Shown here piece after piece: positions 51,342 to 61,093 of a stretch of 64,000 nucleotides of DNA. This DNA is from Spirochaetota bacterium (GTDB lineage: Bacteria; Spirochaetota; UBA4802; UBA5550), in the NCBI GenBank assembly GCA_963664815.2, contig CAXXHB010000003.1, forward strand, positions 2,624,001 through 2,688,000, written 5' to 3'. Position 1 is the stretch's first letter. The number at the start of each line of letters is the position of its first letter. Below the pieces are notes generated by a model. The model was given only the letters and a program-made list of their open reading frames with translations, was not told where the DNA came from and did no database searches. The translations under genes and the position numbers were made by a program.

Positions 51342-52292
51342 ATGGCGATTAAAACTTTCGATAAATATTTCTGGAATCTGCCACAGTTAAGCAGGGAAGA
51401 TGATTTTGATAAATTCTGGGAAAAATCTATTTCGGATATAAAGAAAGTTCCCATCGAACCGGAAATAAAAGATAATCACAGGAAATACACATCAAAATTC
51501 AAGGCATATGATATTTACTACAATGGCTTTCTTAAAGCAAGAGTAAAAGGTGTACTTTATGTACCAAAAAAAAATGAAAAGAGCCGTGTGATTATCCACC
51601 TTCATGACTACAACAGATACCCTGATAAAAGTATTGCCAAGGTTCTTTCAGATAAAACTGCACACCTCTTCCTCATAATGAGGGGACATGATATTATTGA
51701 AAACAGGACTGAAGAGGAAGAGGCACAGGAAAGACCTCTCGGCTTTATAGTAGAGAATATTATCGATATGGAAACATACTATGCCCGATCGGTTTACCTT
51801 GATGTATATAGATCTATAGATTTTCTCAGACTTGTTAACTTTATAGATTGCAGTAAAATTGGGATTTATGGTAAAGGTTTCGGCGCAGCTGCAGGTTTTT
51901 TCACAGCAGTCTATTCACAGAGAATTGGTGCTATCGTAATGGACTCGCCGTTATTCTGCAACCTTCCTCTCAGTCAGAATATCTCACTCAGCGATACATC
52001 CCGAGAAATTAATGATATAATAAATGTACAGAAAGCAAAAAAGCATCAAATTAAAAAAAATCTTACATACTTTGATATAATCAATTTTTCACACAACCTT
52101 ACATGCCCTGCTCTTTTCATCACTGGACTGCAGGATGAAATATCACCCGCTGAATGTGTAATGGGTTTATTCAACAATATTCAGGGAGAAAAAACCATTG
52201 AGGTCTATCCCGACAGCGGGAATGAAGCTGGTGGAGAATCTCAAAGGATAAAAGCTATACACTGGCTTTCAGATATAATCCTCGCTGATTAA
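51342..52292 (+). CDS. Acetylxylan esterase (CE7/AXE1)-like alpha/beta hydrolase, degenerate
   Basis: DFDKFW, YYARSVYLDVYRS.DFL, YFD..NF, GLQDEISP; nucleophile elbow reads GKGFG. Confidence 0.82.
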   Translation: MAIKTFDKYFWNLPQLSREDDFDKFWEKSISDIKKVPIEPEIKDNHRKYTSKFKAYDIYYNGFLKARVKGVLYVPKKNEKSRVIIHLHDYNRYPDKSIAKVLSDKTAHLFLIMRGHDIIENRTEEEEAQERPLGFIVENIIDMETYYARSVYLDVYRSIDFLRLVNFIDCSKIGIYGKGFGAAAGFFTAVYSQRIGAIVMDSPLFCNLPLSQNISLSDTSREINDIINVQKAKKHQIKKNLTYFDIINFSHNLTCPALFITGLQDEISPAECVMGLFNNIQGEKTIEVYPDSGNEAGGESQRIKAIHWLSDIILAD

Positions 52293-52299
52293 AATTCTG

Positions 52300-52965
52300 T
52301 CAGACTATCTTTTCATCCATTATATAGGGCACAAATGTCGCTCTTCCGATTATCTCTTCAAAATATTCAGTTTCACTTTTTTTAACATACCTCTTTATCT
52401 GGTGATTTTTCCCCAGTTCATCAACCGGAATGACGAGAATACCGCCGATATTCAGTTTTTCCAGAAGATCAGCCGGAAAAATTCTTACTCCGGCCGATAC
52501 AATAATTCTGTCAAAAAGACTTTCAATTATATTAAAATCATCACCACAAATAACCTTTACTTCGTACCCGAGATTTTTCAGAACAGCTTTAGAACGCTCG
52601 GCAAGTTCAGGGATTCGTTCCATCGCGGTAATCTCCCCTGCCAGTTCTGCAAGTACAGCTGCCTGGTAACCTGAGCCTGATCCGATTTCAAAAACCTTCT
52701 CATCTCCTGTCAATCTGAGAGACTGAACCATTGAGGCTACAACCGATGGTGTTGAAATAGTCTGTCCAAAACCTATAGGGAGAGAAGTATCATCATAAGC
52801 CCTGTAACACAGAGCTTCCGACACAAACTGATCCCTTGGAACTCTCATCATAGCTTCCAGAACCGACCCGGATGATATCCCCTTCTGTTCCAACTTTATC
52901 ACCATGTTCCTTCTGGCGTTGAACATTTTGTCGCTGTTATGGTACAAAATACCCTCCCCACTCAT
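52300..52965 (-). CDS. pcm: Protein-L-isoaspartate O-methyltransferase
   Basis: VPRDQFV, AYDDTSLPIGFGQTISTP, EIGSGSGY, GGILVIPV, FVP. Confidence 0.93.
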   Translation of the reverse strand: MSGEGILYHNSDKMFNARRNMVIKLEQKGISSGSVLEAMMRVPRDQFVSEALCYRAYDDTSLPIGFGQTISTPSVVASMVQSLRLTGDEKVFEIGSGSGYQAAVLAELAGEITAMERIPELAERSKAVLKNLGYEVKVICGDDFNIIESLFDRIIVSAGVRIFPADLLEKLNIGGILVIPVDELGKNHQIKRYVKKSETEYFEEIIGRATFVPYIMDEKIV

Positions 52966-54973
52966 GGCCTATCTGACCTTTATATTTCACTTCAAGCTTG
53001 ACATCAACCCACCAGCCCGTAAAAGACGGGAGTTTATATGTATTATACACAATCACATACCTGTATTCTTCCGATGTTTTCACATCACCATATATTCTTC
53101 TTAAACTGTCTATTTCCGATGGCTGTATTACCCTCCCTCCGGTTTCTGTTGCAATTCTTGCAATATCATGATCAGCCTTTTTAAGTGATATAATGTATAC
53201 AGGCACATAATGCTCATTTGCATAATTTATGATTGTATCCGGAGTATATTGTTTAAAGGAGTCATCTGCAACCACACCATCCGTTATAAGCAAGACACCC
53301 CTCCTGTCCAGTCTGGGGATCAGGTCTGTTATTGCCTGATAAAGAGCTACACCTGTCTGTTTACCGCTTTTGTACTCCACCTTTTCAAGTGCGGCAAGTG
53401 TTCGCCTCCTGCTCCAGTCAAAGTTATTCCCCTGCCAAACCTGTTCATTGTAATTAAGAAGTTCTACTTTGTCATTTTTCCTCATCACCTTGAGTATAAA
53501 CTCCGCCAGCCACGGGAAATCCTTGTGATATACACTCATCTCTGAAGAACGGTCAATTGCCATTACAAATGAGGCTGATGTAATCTTTCGTTTTAAATAA
53601 TCCGTCTGGAAATTTATTATTTCCGAGTTGTCTTCCGTAATGCTGAAATTTTCAGGTCTTAATCCATATATTGCCCTTCCGTCTCTTCCTTTAACATTAA
53701 CATAGAATGCTACTACAGGAAAACTTGCTGCATCTACCGATGTAATTTCAAGTTCAAGATTGGAATACTGTTTCTCTGCCGGTGAAAAAAGATATATGCT
53801 GTTTGGCCTGGATTCAAGTACATAAAAGAAACCATCCTGATCAAAAATTGAAGAGAGCGGTCTGTTCAGTTTCCTCTCCTTGTCCCATTCCCCACCTTTA
53901 TTCCATGAACTGAAAACAGTTTTTGCGCCGCTTATAGTATCATAAATTATTACACCCGTTTTTTCATCGGAGATTACAAGACTGTTCCCTTTAACCGATA
54001 TTCCGCGCGGCGACTGAAGCTCATCCATGAATATCTCCTTTATGTAATTACCGTAATTATCAAATACTAAAATCTTTTTATTCGCCGTATCTGTTACGTA
54101 AACATTCTCACCGATAACTGCAATATCCGTTGGATTCGCGAGCTCACTCTCATAATCTCCCATTTTACCGAAGCTCAGCACAAAACGTCCAGATACATCA
54201 AACTTCTGGATCCTGTAATTACCTCCATCAACAACATATAAAAAACCTTTACCGTCAAAACATACACCTTTAGGACCGTGAAAAAGTCCTTCACTGTTTC
54301 CGGTTCCACCGAATTTTTTCAGAATTTTACCTTTCTCGGAAAAAATATATATCATATCGCCTTTAAAATCTGAAACAACAAACGTTCTGTTAAAAAAATC
54401 TATGCCGTAAAGCCCACCTCCAAACCCGGGTCTTATAATATCTTCACCTGTCCCGTTAGGGTCTATTTTAACAACTTTTGATGTTGAGAAAGATGTTATA
54501 TACAGATTTCTCTCCCCATCAACTGCCATATCAGCAGCATCAGGAAACGAGTATTTTTTCATTTCATTCGATTTATATTCACTTTGAAGAAGATAATTTA
54601 TTTCTCCTTCATCATTGCTGTGTGCATTTCTGAAATGGAGGCTCTCTATTCTGTTTTTAACAGCAAGATTATCAGGATATATTTCCAGTGTTTTATTCAG
54701 TTCAGCAAGAGCACTTTCCTTAAAACCAGAGAGTTTATATGAACGTGCAAGATAATCTCTAGCAGTATAATAATCCGGATATTCCTGAACCGCCCTTCTG
54801 AAAAAATCTGCAGCCGCAAGATACTGCATCTTGTTAAAATAAACCACACCTTTCCTGAAATAGTTTTTTGCAGATTCAAACTTTTCCGGGCTGACTGCCG
54901 GATAAACTGAAACAATCGGCGCTAGCGTAAACAGAAAAACGTAAAAAAGCAGAAGTATTTTTTTAAACCTCAT
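52937..54973 (-). CDS. Exported TPR-NHL beta-propeller-vWA protein
   Basis: Signal peptide MRFKKILLL; TPR; NHL repeats (GLFHGPKGV, RIQKFD); vWA-like DRS, ITDG, IATETGG. Confidence 0.8.
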   Translation of the reverse strand: MRFKKILLLFYVFLFTLAPIVSVYPAVSPEKFESAKNYFRKGVVYFNKMQYLAAADFFRRAVQEYPDYYTARDYLARSYKLSGFKESALAELNKTLEIYPDNLAVKNRIESLHFRNAHSNDEGEINYLLQSEYKSNEMKKYSFPDAADMAVDGERNLYITSFSTSKVVKIDPNGTGEDIIRPGFGGGLYGIDFFNRTFVVSDFKGDMIYIFSEKGKILKKFGGTGNSEGLFHGPKGVCFDGKGFLYVVDGGNYRIQKFDVSGRFVLSFGKMGDYESELANPTDIAVIGENVYVTDTANKKILVFDNYGNYIKEIFMDELQSPRGISVKGNSLVISDEKTGVIIYDTISGAKTVFSSWNKGGEWDKERKLNRPLSSIFDQDGFFYVLESRPNSIYLFSPAEKQYSNLELEITSVDAASFPVVAFYVNVKGRDGRAIYGLRPENFSITEDNSEIINFQTDYLKRKITSASFVMAIDRSSEMSVYHKDFPWLAEFILKVMRKNDKVELLNYNEQVWQGNNFDWSRRRTLAALEKVEYKSGKQTGVALYQAITDLIPRLDRRGVLLITDGVVADDSFKQYTPDTIINYANEHYVPVYIISLKKADHDIARIATETGGRVIQPSEIDSLRRIYGDVKTSEEYRYVIVYNTYKLPSFTGWWVDVKLEVKYKGQIGHEWGGYFVP

Positions 54974-55363
54974 TACCTTTGTACCAGCTCTTTTAATTTT
55001 ATTAATAAAAGGCATACCTTTTTGGGGACTCCATAATTATTATCGACAATTCCTTTAAAAATTTCATGTTAATATGACATAATATTATTCCTCCTGTCAA
55101 TAATATTTGACAATTATTGATTATACAGAATAATTAAAACATGGATTACCTGAATTTTTCTTTATCATTTTTTTTACTTCTTTTACAAAACTGCTCCTCT
55201 CTCTCCGGGAAGCACTGCTTTGACAAACCCAATATTGCGTTGCAGAAAAATTTAATGCATACAACAAATCATTCCTCATATTTATTAATCAGTTTTCAAT
55301 ACACCCATTCACATAAAATTGTAATCAGCTTTCAGAAAACAGAAATTTTTTATTTATAAATCT

Positions 55364-56602
55364 ATGACAACAACCGCACTTATAATCTTTATTGGTACAT
55401 ACATCGGAATAATATTTACACGTCTTCCATGGATAAACGTAGACAGACCCTCTTCGTCGTTTTTCGGGGCGGTAGCAATGGTTTTATTCGGCATCTTCAC
55501 ATTCGATGAGGCAATCAGGGTAATAGATTTTAATACAATTTCCTTACTTATAGGAATGATGATAATTATTTCTGTACTAGAACTGGATGGATTTTTTGCA
55601 TTAATCGCCAATAAAACAATTACTCTAGCAAAAAATGAACGAAGACTTCTCCTGATTATTATATTCACTACCGGTATTTCAAGCGCTTTTCTTGTCAACG
55701 ACGCGGTTGTTCTTCTTTATACTCCTATTGTTATATCAATCTGCCGTGATTCAAAAATAAATCCGGTTCCTTACCTCATTGCTGAAATTCTTGCTTCAAA
55801 TACGGGAAGTGCAATGACAATAACCGGAAATCCGCAAAACATGCTTATTGGATTAAACTCGGGGATTTCATATTCCAGATTTCTTATTCACCTTATGCCT
55901 GTTTCATTTTCAGGAATGATATTAATTTATTTTGTTATAAAGTTTATCTATCCTGAAAACTTCCGAGTAATAAATCCGGTGAACCCGCATGCAGGTTCAT
56001 ATGAATACAACTATCTTTCAATGAAATTTTCAGCGCCGATATTTGTTCTTGTTATTATTCTGTTCTTTATCAATGGTGAAACCGGACTTTCAATACCGGT
56101 CATCTCACTTATCGGCGCTTCGCTCATACTGATTTTCGGAAAGATAAAACCATCCGAGATTATTAAGAATATTGACTGGGTGCTTATTCTTTTTTTCTCC
56201 ACCCTGTTTATAGTTGTTGGAGGTATAGAAAAAACCGGTATTATTCAGCGTGTACTTAACGCATATAGGATAACCCCGGATCTTCATGGTATTGGAGTTA
56301 TTCACATCATAAGCCTCATACTCTCGCAGATCGTAAGTAATGTGCCATTCACAATACTGATGATACCTATTCTTAAAAGTTCAGGAAATAACATTATCTG
56401 GCTTTCCCTTGCTTCAGCATCGACATTAGCCGGAAATGCTACAATATTCGGAGCGATGGCAAACATTATTGTTATTGAATCAGCAAAAAAACAAAACATA
56501 AATATTTCGTTTTTTGAGTTTTTCAAAGCAGGAATTATTGTTACTATGCTTACTCTGCTTCTTTCTATTTTCTTTCTGTATATCCAGATTTCTGTGATTT
56601 AA
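55364..56602 (+). CDS. ArsB/NhaD (SLC13-like) anion permease
   Basis: IDFNTISLLIGMM, SAFLVND, SNTGSAMTITGNPQN, STLAGNATIFGAMANIIV. Confidence 0.9.
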   Translation: MTTTALIIFIGTYIGIIFTRLPWINVDRPSSSFFGAVAMVLFGIFTFDEAIRVIDFNTISLLIGMMIIISVLELDGFFALIANKTITLAKNERRLLLIIIFTTGISSAFLVNDAVVLLYTPIVISICRDSKINPVPYLIAEILASNTGSAMTITGNPQNMLIGLNSGISYSRFLIHLMPVSFSGMILIYFVIKFIYPENFRVINPVNPHAGSYEYNYLSMKFSAPIFVLVIILFFINGETGLSIPVISLIGASLILIFGKIKPSEIIKNIDWVLILFFSTLFIVVGGIEKTGIIQRVLNAYRITPDLHGIGVIHIISLILSQIVSNVPFTILMIPILKSSGNNIIWLSLASASTLAGNATIFGAMANIIVIESAKKQNINISFFEFFKAGIIVTMLTLLLSIFFLYIQISVI

Positions 56603-56705
56603 TTGAATTAATAAAGACATTTTTAAAATTTTTTGAAACCTTATTGACATTACAACAGCAGGTTTATTATGTACCCGTTTTTAATTCTTGAAAGGGGGGT
56701 TTACA

Positions 56706-58373
56706 TTGTTCAAACCTAAATTTTTTGTTCTTCTTAATACCTATACACGTGAACAGATTCTAAAAGATATTACATCAGGGATTGTTGTAGCAATAATTGC
56801 TCTCCCTCTCTCAATTGCCCTTGCTATTGCTTCGGGTGCAACACCGGAGAAAGGTCTTCACACCGCAATTATTGCCGGTTTTCTTATTTCTTTTCTCGGG
56901 GGAAGTCGTGTTCAGATTGGCGGTCCTACAGGTGCCTTCGTTATTATTGTTTTCGGCATCATCCAGAAATATGGATTTGACGGTTTGCTTATTGCTACTA
57001 TTATGGCCGGTTTTTTTCTTATTGCATTTGGTCTTTTAAAGTTGGGAACCTTTATCAGACTTATACCATATCCAATAACCACAGGTTTCACAAGCGGTAT
57101 TGCTGTTGTTATCTTTACTACACAGATTAAGGATTTTTTTGGTCTCTCTATTGCCAGAATGCCATCAGGTTTTTTTTCAATGTGGAAATCATTTATTCTC
57201 AATATACATACCATGAACTACTGGGCAGTCATAATTGCATTTATTTCACTTGTCTTAATTCTTTTCTGGCCAAAAATTACTTCCAAAATACCAGGTTCTC
57301 TCGTCGCTGTAATTGGTGCCTCAGCTGTTGTTTATTTATTTAACATTCCTGTCGAAACAATCGGTTCAAAATTCGGGGAAATATCCTCTTCCCTCCCCTC
57401 TTTATCTCTTCCTGATGTTTCAATTGAAAAGATAGAACAGCTTATTATGCCATCTATAACTATCGCACTTCTTGCAGGAATTGAATCTCTTTTATCGGCA
57501 GTTGTCGCTGATGGTATGATAGGAGGTTCACATAAACCGAACGCCGAACTTGTAGCTCAGGGTGTGGCAAATATTGCCTCTGGAGTTTTTGGCGGTCTTC
57601 CGGCCACAGGAGCAATTGCCCGTACAGCAGCAAACGTGAACAACGGGGGAAGAACCCCTATAGCAGGCATGACTCATGCAATAGTTCTTCTTATAATGCT
57701 GGTTGCATTTATGCCTCTTGCAAAATTCATACCCATGTGTACACTGGCGGCAATCCTTGTAAATGTCGCATATAACATGAGTGAATGGCATGCTTTCAAA
57801 GCGCTTCTTAAAGCGCCTAAAAGCGACATCACAGTTCTTCTTACAACATTCTTCTTAACGGTATTTCTTGATCTGGTTGTTGCAATAGAAATAGGGATGA
57901 TTTTTGCAGCGCTTCTGTTTATGAAAAGGATGTCTGATGTTACGAACGAAGGTTTCAAATTCACTCATGACAGAGTCGATGATGATGACATGGAACTGAA
58001 GTATTTCATTGAAAGAGGGAATATACATCTCCCAAAGGGAATTGGTATTTACGAAATCAACGGGCCTTTTTTCTTCGGAGTTGCCGATCAGTTTCTGGAG
58101 AACGCGCTTAAATACCGTCGCCCTGTCCCTGTCCTCATCATCCGGATGAGACACGTTCCGGCAATGGATGCTACGGGACTCCATGCACTGAGACGACTTC
58201 ATACCAAATGTTTTGAGGTTGGAACAAAAATGGTTCTTTCAGGCGTCAACGAACAACCGTTGAAAACAATGACCAGAGCAGGTTTTGTCGATATAATCGG
58301 ACCTGATAACGTCTGTCTGAATTTTGAAGCAGCTGTAAAAAGAGCAACTGAACTCAGAAAGCTTGATACATAA
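56706..58373 (+). CDS. SulP/SLC26 anion permease with STAS domain
   Basis: ALPLSIALAIASG, GGSRVQIGGPTGAF, ESLLSAVVADG, TGAIART, GPFFFG; TTG start after GGGGG. Confidence 0.93.
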   Translation: MFKPKFFVLLNTYTREQILKDITSGIVVAIIALPLSIALAIASGATPEKGLHTAIIAGFLISFLGGSRVQIGGPTGAFVIIVFGIIQKYGFDGLLIATIMAGFFLIAFGLLKLGTFIRLIPYPITTGFTSGIAVVIFTTQIKDFFGLSIARMPSGFFSMWKSFILNIHTMNYWAVIIAFISLVLILFWPKITSKIPGSLVAVIGASAVVYLFNIPVETIGSKFGEISSSLPSLSLPDVSIEKIEQLIMPSITIALLAGIESLLSAVVADGMIGGSHKPNAELVAQGVANIASGVFGGLPATGAIARTAANVNNGGRTPIAGMTHAIVLLIMLVAFMPLAKFIPMCTLAAILVNVAYNMSEWHAFKALLKAPKSDITVLLTTFFLTVFLDLVVAIEIGMIFAALLFMKRMSDVTNEGFKFTHDRVDDDDMELKYFIERGNIHLPKGIGIYEINGPFFFGVADQFLENALKYRRPVPVLIIRMRHVPAMDATGLHALRRLHTKCFEVGTKMVLSGVNEQPLKTMTRAGFVDIIGPDNVCLNFEAAVKRATELRKLDT

Positions 58374-58418
58374 TAGATATATTTAATATACACTCAAAGA
58401 CATGAATTGCGGATTTCC

Positions 58419-58536
58419 AAAAACAAAAGGGGCTGACCTGTACGATTATTATTTGTCATTCCGGTTGTAATATAACAAAGCAGCAAAATGGCAAAATTAA
58501 CAAATCGCTTTACAGGCAGACCCCTTCCCTGTTTTT
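58419..58536. other. Extended rod-like inverted-repeat structure between convergent genes
   Basis: Nested pairings AAAAACA/TGTTTTT, AAGGGG/CCCCTT, CCTGTA/TACAGG, CGATT/AATCG, TTTGTCATT/AATGGCAAA. Confidence 0.6.
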
Positions 58537-58552
58537 ACGACAAATTGTAAAT

Positions 58553-60727
58553 CTAAAGCCTGTTATTATTTCTTAAAGCGAAAACTATAAGTTTTCTTAA
58601 TATCTTTTCCCTGCCTGATTTTGGCCTGGTAAGCTCCATTCTCTCAAGATAACTCGCAGCTGCCTTAGGAACGGGCCTGAACATTTCGGCAATCACACCC
58701 CGTATCATCCTGCCCGGGTCTCCTGCACTAAGCGCTTTTAATCCTTTAAGAGAACTTCCAAGAATAATATCTTCCATGTTCAAATCTGTACCAAAGGGGA
58801 ATGGCTGGAAAAACCCCTTCTCCTGATATGGCTTAAGTGTTGATGCTATCTTTTCCGGTGTATTGTTGCGATACTCTTCCGGAATTTCATAATTCACAGG
58901 AATCTTTTTTGCTTTTTTAGCCTGATCAAGAAGTTCATTCTGGAATCTTGAATCAGCAATATTAATCAGCTCGGCAATTACCTCTTTATCAGGTCTACCC
59001 CTTACATCGGCAATACCATACTCCGTAATTATTATATCACGCAGATGTCTCGGAACCGAACAATGTCCATAACTGAACACGATGTTAGATTTCAGGGTTT
59101 TCCCGGATCCTTTGATACTCTTGATCATCATAATAAGCCTTGCATCCGGAAGCGCATGCGCCATCGCCACAAAATTATACTGCCCGCCAATACCGCTTAC
59201 AACTCTTCCATCCTGAAGCTGATCTGAAGCTATCGCTCCGAGTACGGTTGCGGTCATGCCTGTATTTATAAATCTTCCATCCTTCCTCTGAAGAGCACGC
59301 AACTCCTCTCCTCCATAAAGCTGATTTACTTTATCAACTCCAGACATCCCAAATACCTTTCTCTCCTCTTCACTCATATCATTGAGCCACTTATAAAATG
59401 ATTGAGGCCCAAGAAAGAACGCGCCAAGTATAACCTGACCATTCAGGAGTTCCTTCCCCAGCAGTTTGCGTATCTCAGTTTTTGCATTAATATCATTCAT
59501 ATCAACAGAAAATGAAGCACCACCATCTATGATAGTTCCATTCTGGAACTTGAGCCCGCTTTTCAGTATTCCGAACTCAGTCAGAAAGTTGAAATCATCT
59601 TCTTCAATTTTTGAATGAACCGCCTTCAGCTGAACCAGCTTATCAATAATATCCGACGGAATATTGTCAGCATCAAGCTCGCCATTATTAATAAGTTTCA
59701 TAAGTGGTATGCTCTCAAAAACCTTTCTCTTCAGGATTTTACTTTTGTACAAATGCATAAAAGCAGCAACGAACATCTCCGAAGAACCATATAATCCATG
59801 TTTGAAAACATCCGTTCCACCCCATTTACTAATCAGGTTTCCATACCTTTTTTTAATTCCTGCATTTTCAAGCATCTCATTATAGATGTCATTATGATCG
59901 TGCCGCATCTGAAGACCGGCAACTATGGCATCTCCAAGTGCCCCTATTCCAACCTGAATTGTTCCTCCATCCCTTAAGAGTGTACTGACATTAATCCCTA
60001 TCATATGGTCAGCTGCAGAAACTGCATCGTGGGGTGCGCCGAATAATTTATAATTAAACTGTTCACCCTGAAGAAGTATATCCCACGTATCCTGCGGAAC
60101 CAGTGCATCTCCATACATAAATGGCAGATTCTCATTCACTTCTGCAACTACCGCAACTTTTCTTCCTTTTTCACGTTCCTTCTTCAATAAATGAATGCCG
60201 TAGATAGAAGTATCCGTATTACATGCCATGGAATAAATTCTTTTCCCGTCAACAACTCTTGTACTTACCATCTGCCCATAAACATTTACACCAAAATTCA
60301 GTGCATCACGGGCAGTATGTGTATAATTTGAACAAATATGATTCTGCTGGGCTATTTCATGATTCAGGTTTGCACCGGCTTTGTTGAAAAATTCAAATAA
60401 TTCAACATTCTCCGGAAGCTTTCCATCCTTGAAATCTCTGTAACAATCAAGTTCAACAACTCCGTCGAAAACCCTCTCCGAAATTCCTTTAAGAAATCTC
60501 TTTTCAATTTCAGTATGCCCTCTTGGTTTTTCAAGGGGCAGTGCCAGGATAAGCTGAAAGCTTAATGTTTTATCCTCTTTTGCACGCCGGTAAAACTCAT
60601 TTACAAAAAGATTAGGCTTGCCCAGAGCAAGAGGTATGCAAAGCTTGATGTCTTTCCCGACATAATTAATTACATCATCTACACTTTTTTTTACATCATT
60701 ATACACCTGTCCAGTCTTTCCATCCAT
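58553..60727 (-). CDS. Long acetyl-CoA hydrolase/CoA-transferase family protein (paralogue 2)
   Basis: PLALGKPN, SNYTH, DGGTIQVGIGALGD, GSSEMF, SGIGGQYNFV, TEYGIAD. Confidence 0.88.
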   Translation of the reverse strand: MDGKTGQVYNDVKKSVDDVINYVGKDIKLCIPLALGKPNLFVNEFYRRAKEDKTLSFQLILALPLEKPRGHTEIEKRFLKGISERVFDGVVELDCYRDFKDGKLPENVELFEFFNKAGANLNHEIAQQNHICSNYTHTARDALNFGVNVYGQMVSTRVVDGKRIYSMACNTDTSIYGIHLLKKEREKGRKVAVVAEVNENLPFMYGDALVPQDTWDILLQGEQFNYKLFGAPHDAVSAADHMIGINVSTLLRDGGTIQVGIGALGDAIVAGLQMRHDHNDIYNEMLENAGIKKRYGNLISKWGGTDVFKHGLYGSSEMFVAAFMHLYKSKILKRKVFESIPLMKLINNGELDADNIPSDIIDKLVQLKAVHSKIEEDDFNFLTEFGILKSGLKFQNGTIIDGGASFSVDMNDINAKTEIRKLLGKELLNGQVILGAFFLGPQSFYKWLNDMSEEERKVFGMSGVDKVNQLYGGEELRALQRKDGRFINTGMTATVLGAIASDQLQDGRVVSGIGGQYNFVAMAHALPDARLIMMIKSIKGSGKTLKSNIVFSYGHCSVPRHLRDIIITEYGIADVRGRPDKEVIAELINIADSRFQNELLDQAKKAKKIPVNYEIPEEYRNNTPEKIASTLKPYQEKGFFQPFPFGTDLNMEDIILGSSLKGLKALSAGDPGRMIRGVIAEMFRPVPKAAASYLERMELTRPKSGREKILRKLIVFALRNNNRL

Positions 60728-61051
60728 TGAACACCTTCCATTCTGATAGATTTTTATTTTAAGAATAAAAAAATCGGCCTAAAACAGGAATTTTAGGATT
60801 AAAACTCTACATATATCAATACATATTTTTAATTATGTCAAGTAAATATACTGAACATTTATTCAATAATGTAAAAAATTTGACATTCCAGCAATAACGT
60901 CATTTAAAATTCTATAGAGTTATTATATAGAATAAAATTCCGAAGATGAACATCTGTTTATTAAAATATTTATATTGTGAAGCAGACGGTAAGTATTAAA
61001 GTGATTCTTTAATAAATTTTTATTTGAGTTTTTATATATTTATATAATAGA

Positions 61052-61082
61052 CAAAAAACCGGCAGTAATTGCCGGTTTTTTG
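61052..61082 (-). terminator. Intrinsic (bidirectional-type) terminator
   Basis: CAAAAAACCGGCA-GTAAT-TGCCGGTTTTTTG, 11 bp past the stop of 61094..63268. Confidence 0.85.
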
Positions 61083-61093
61083 AATGAATAATT

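Noticed and set aside
60849-60868. TGAA...TTCA dyad upstream of the second CoA-transferase gene
   Set aside because: Imperfect, with three mismatched positions, and no matching site before the paralogue.
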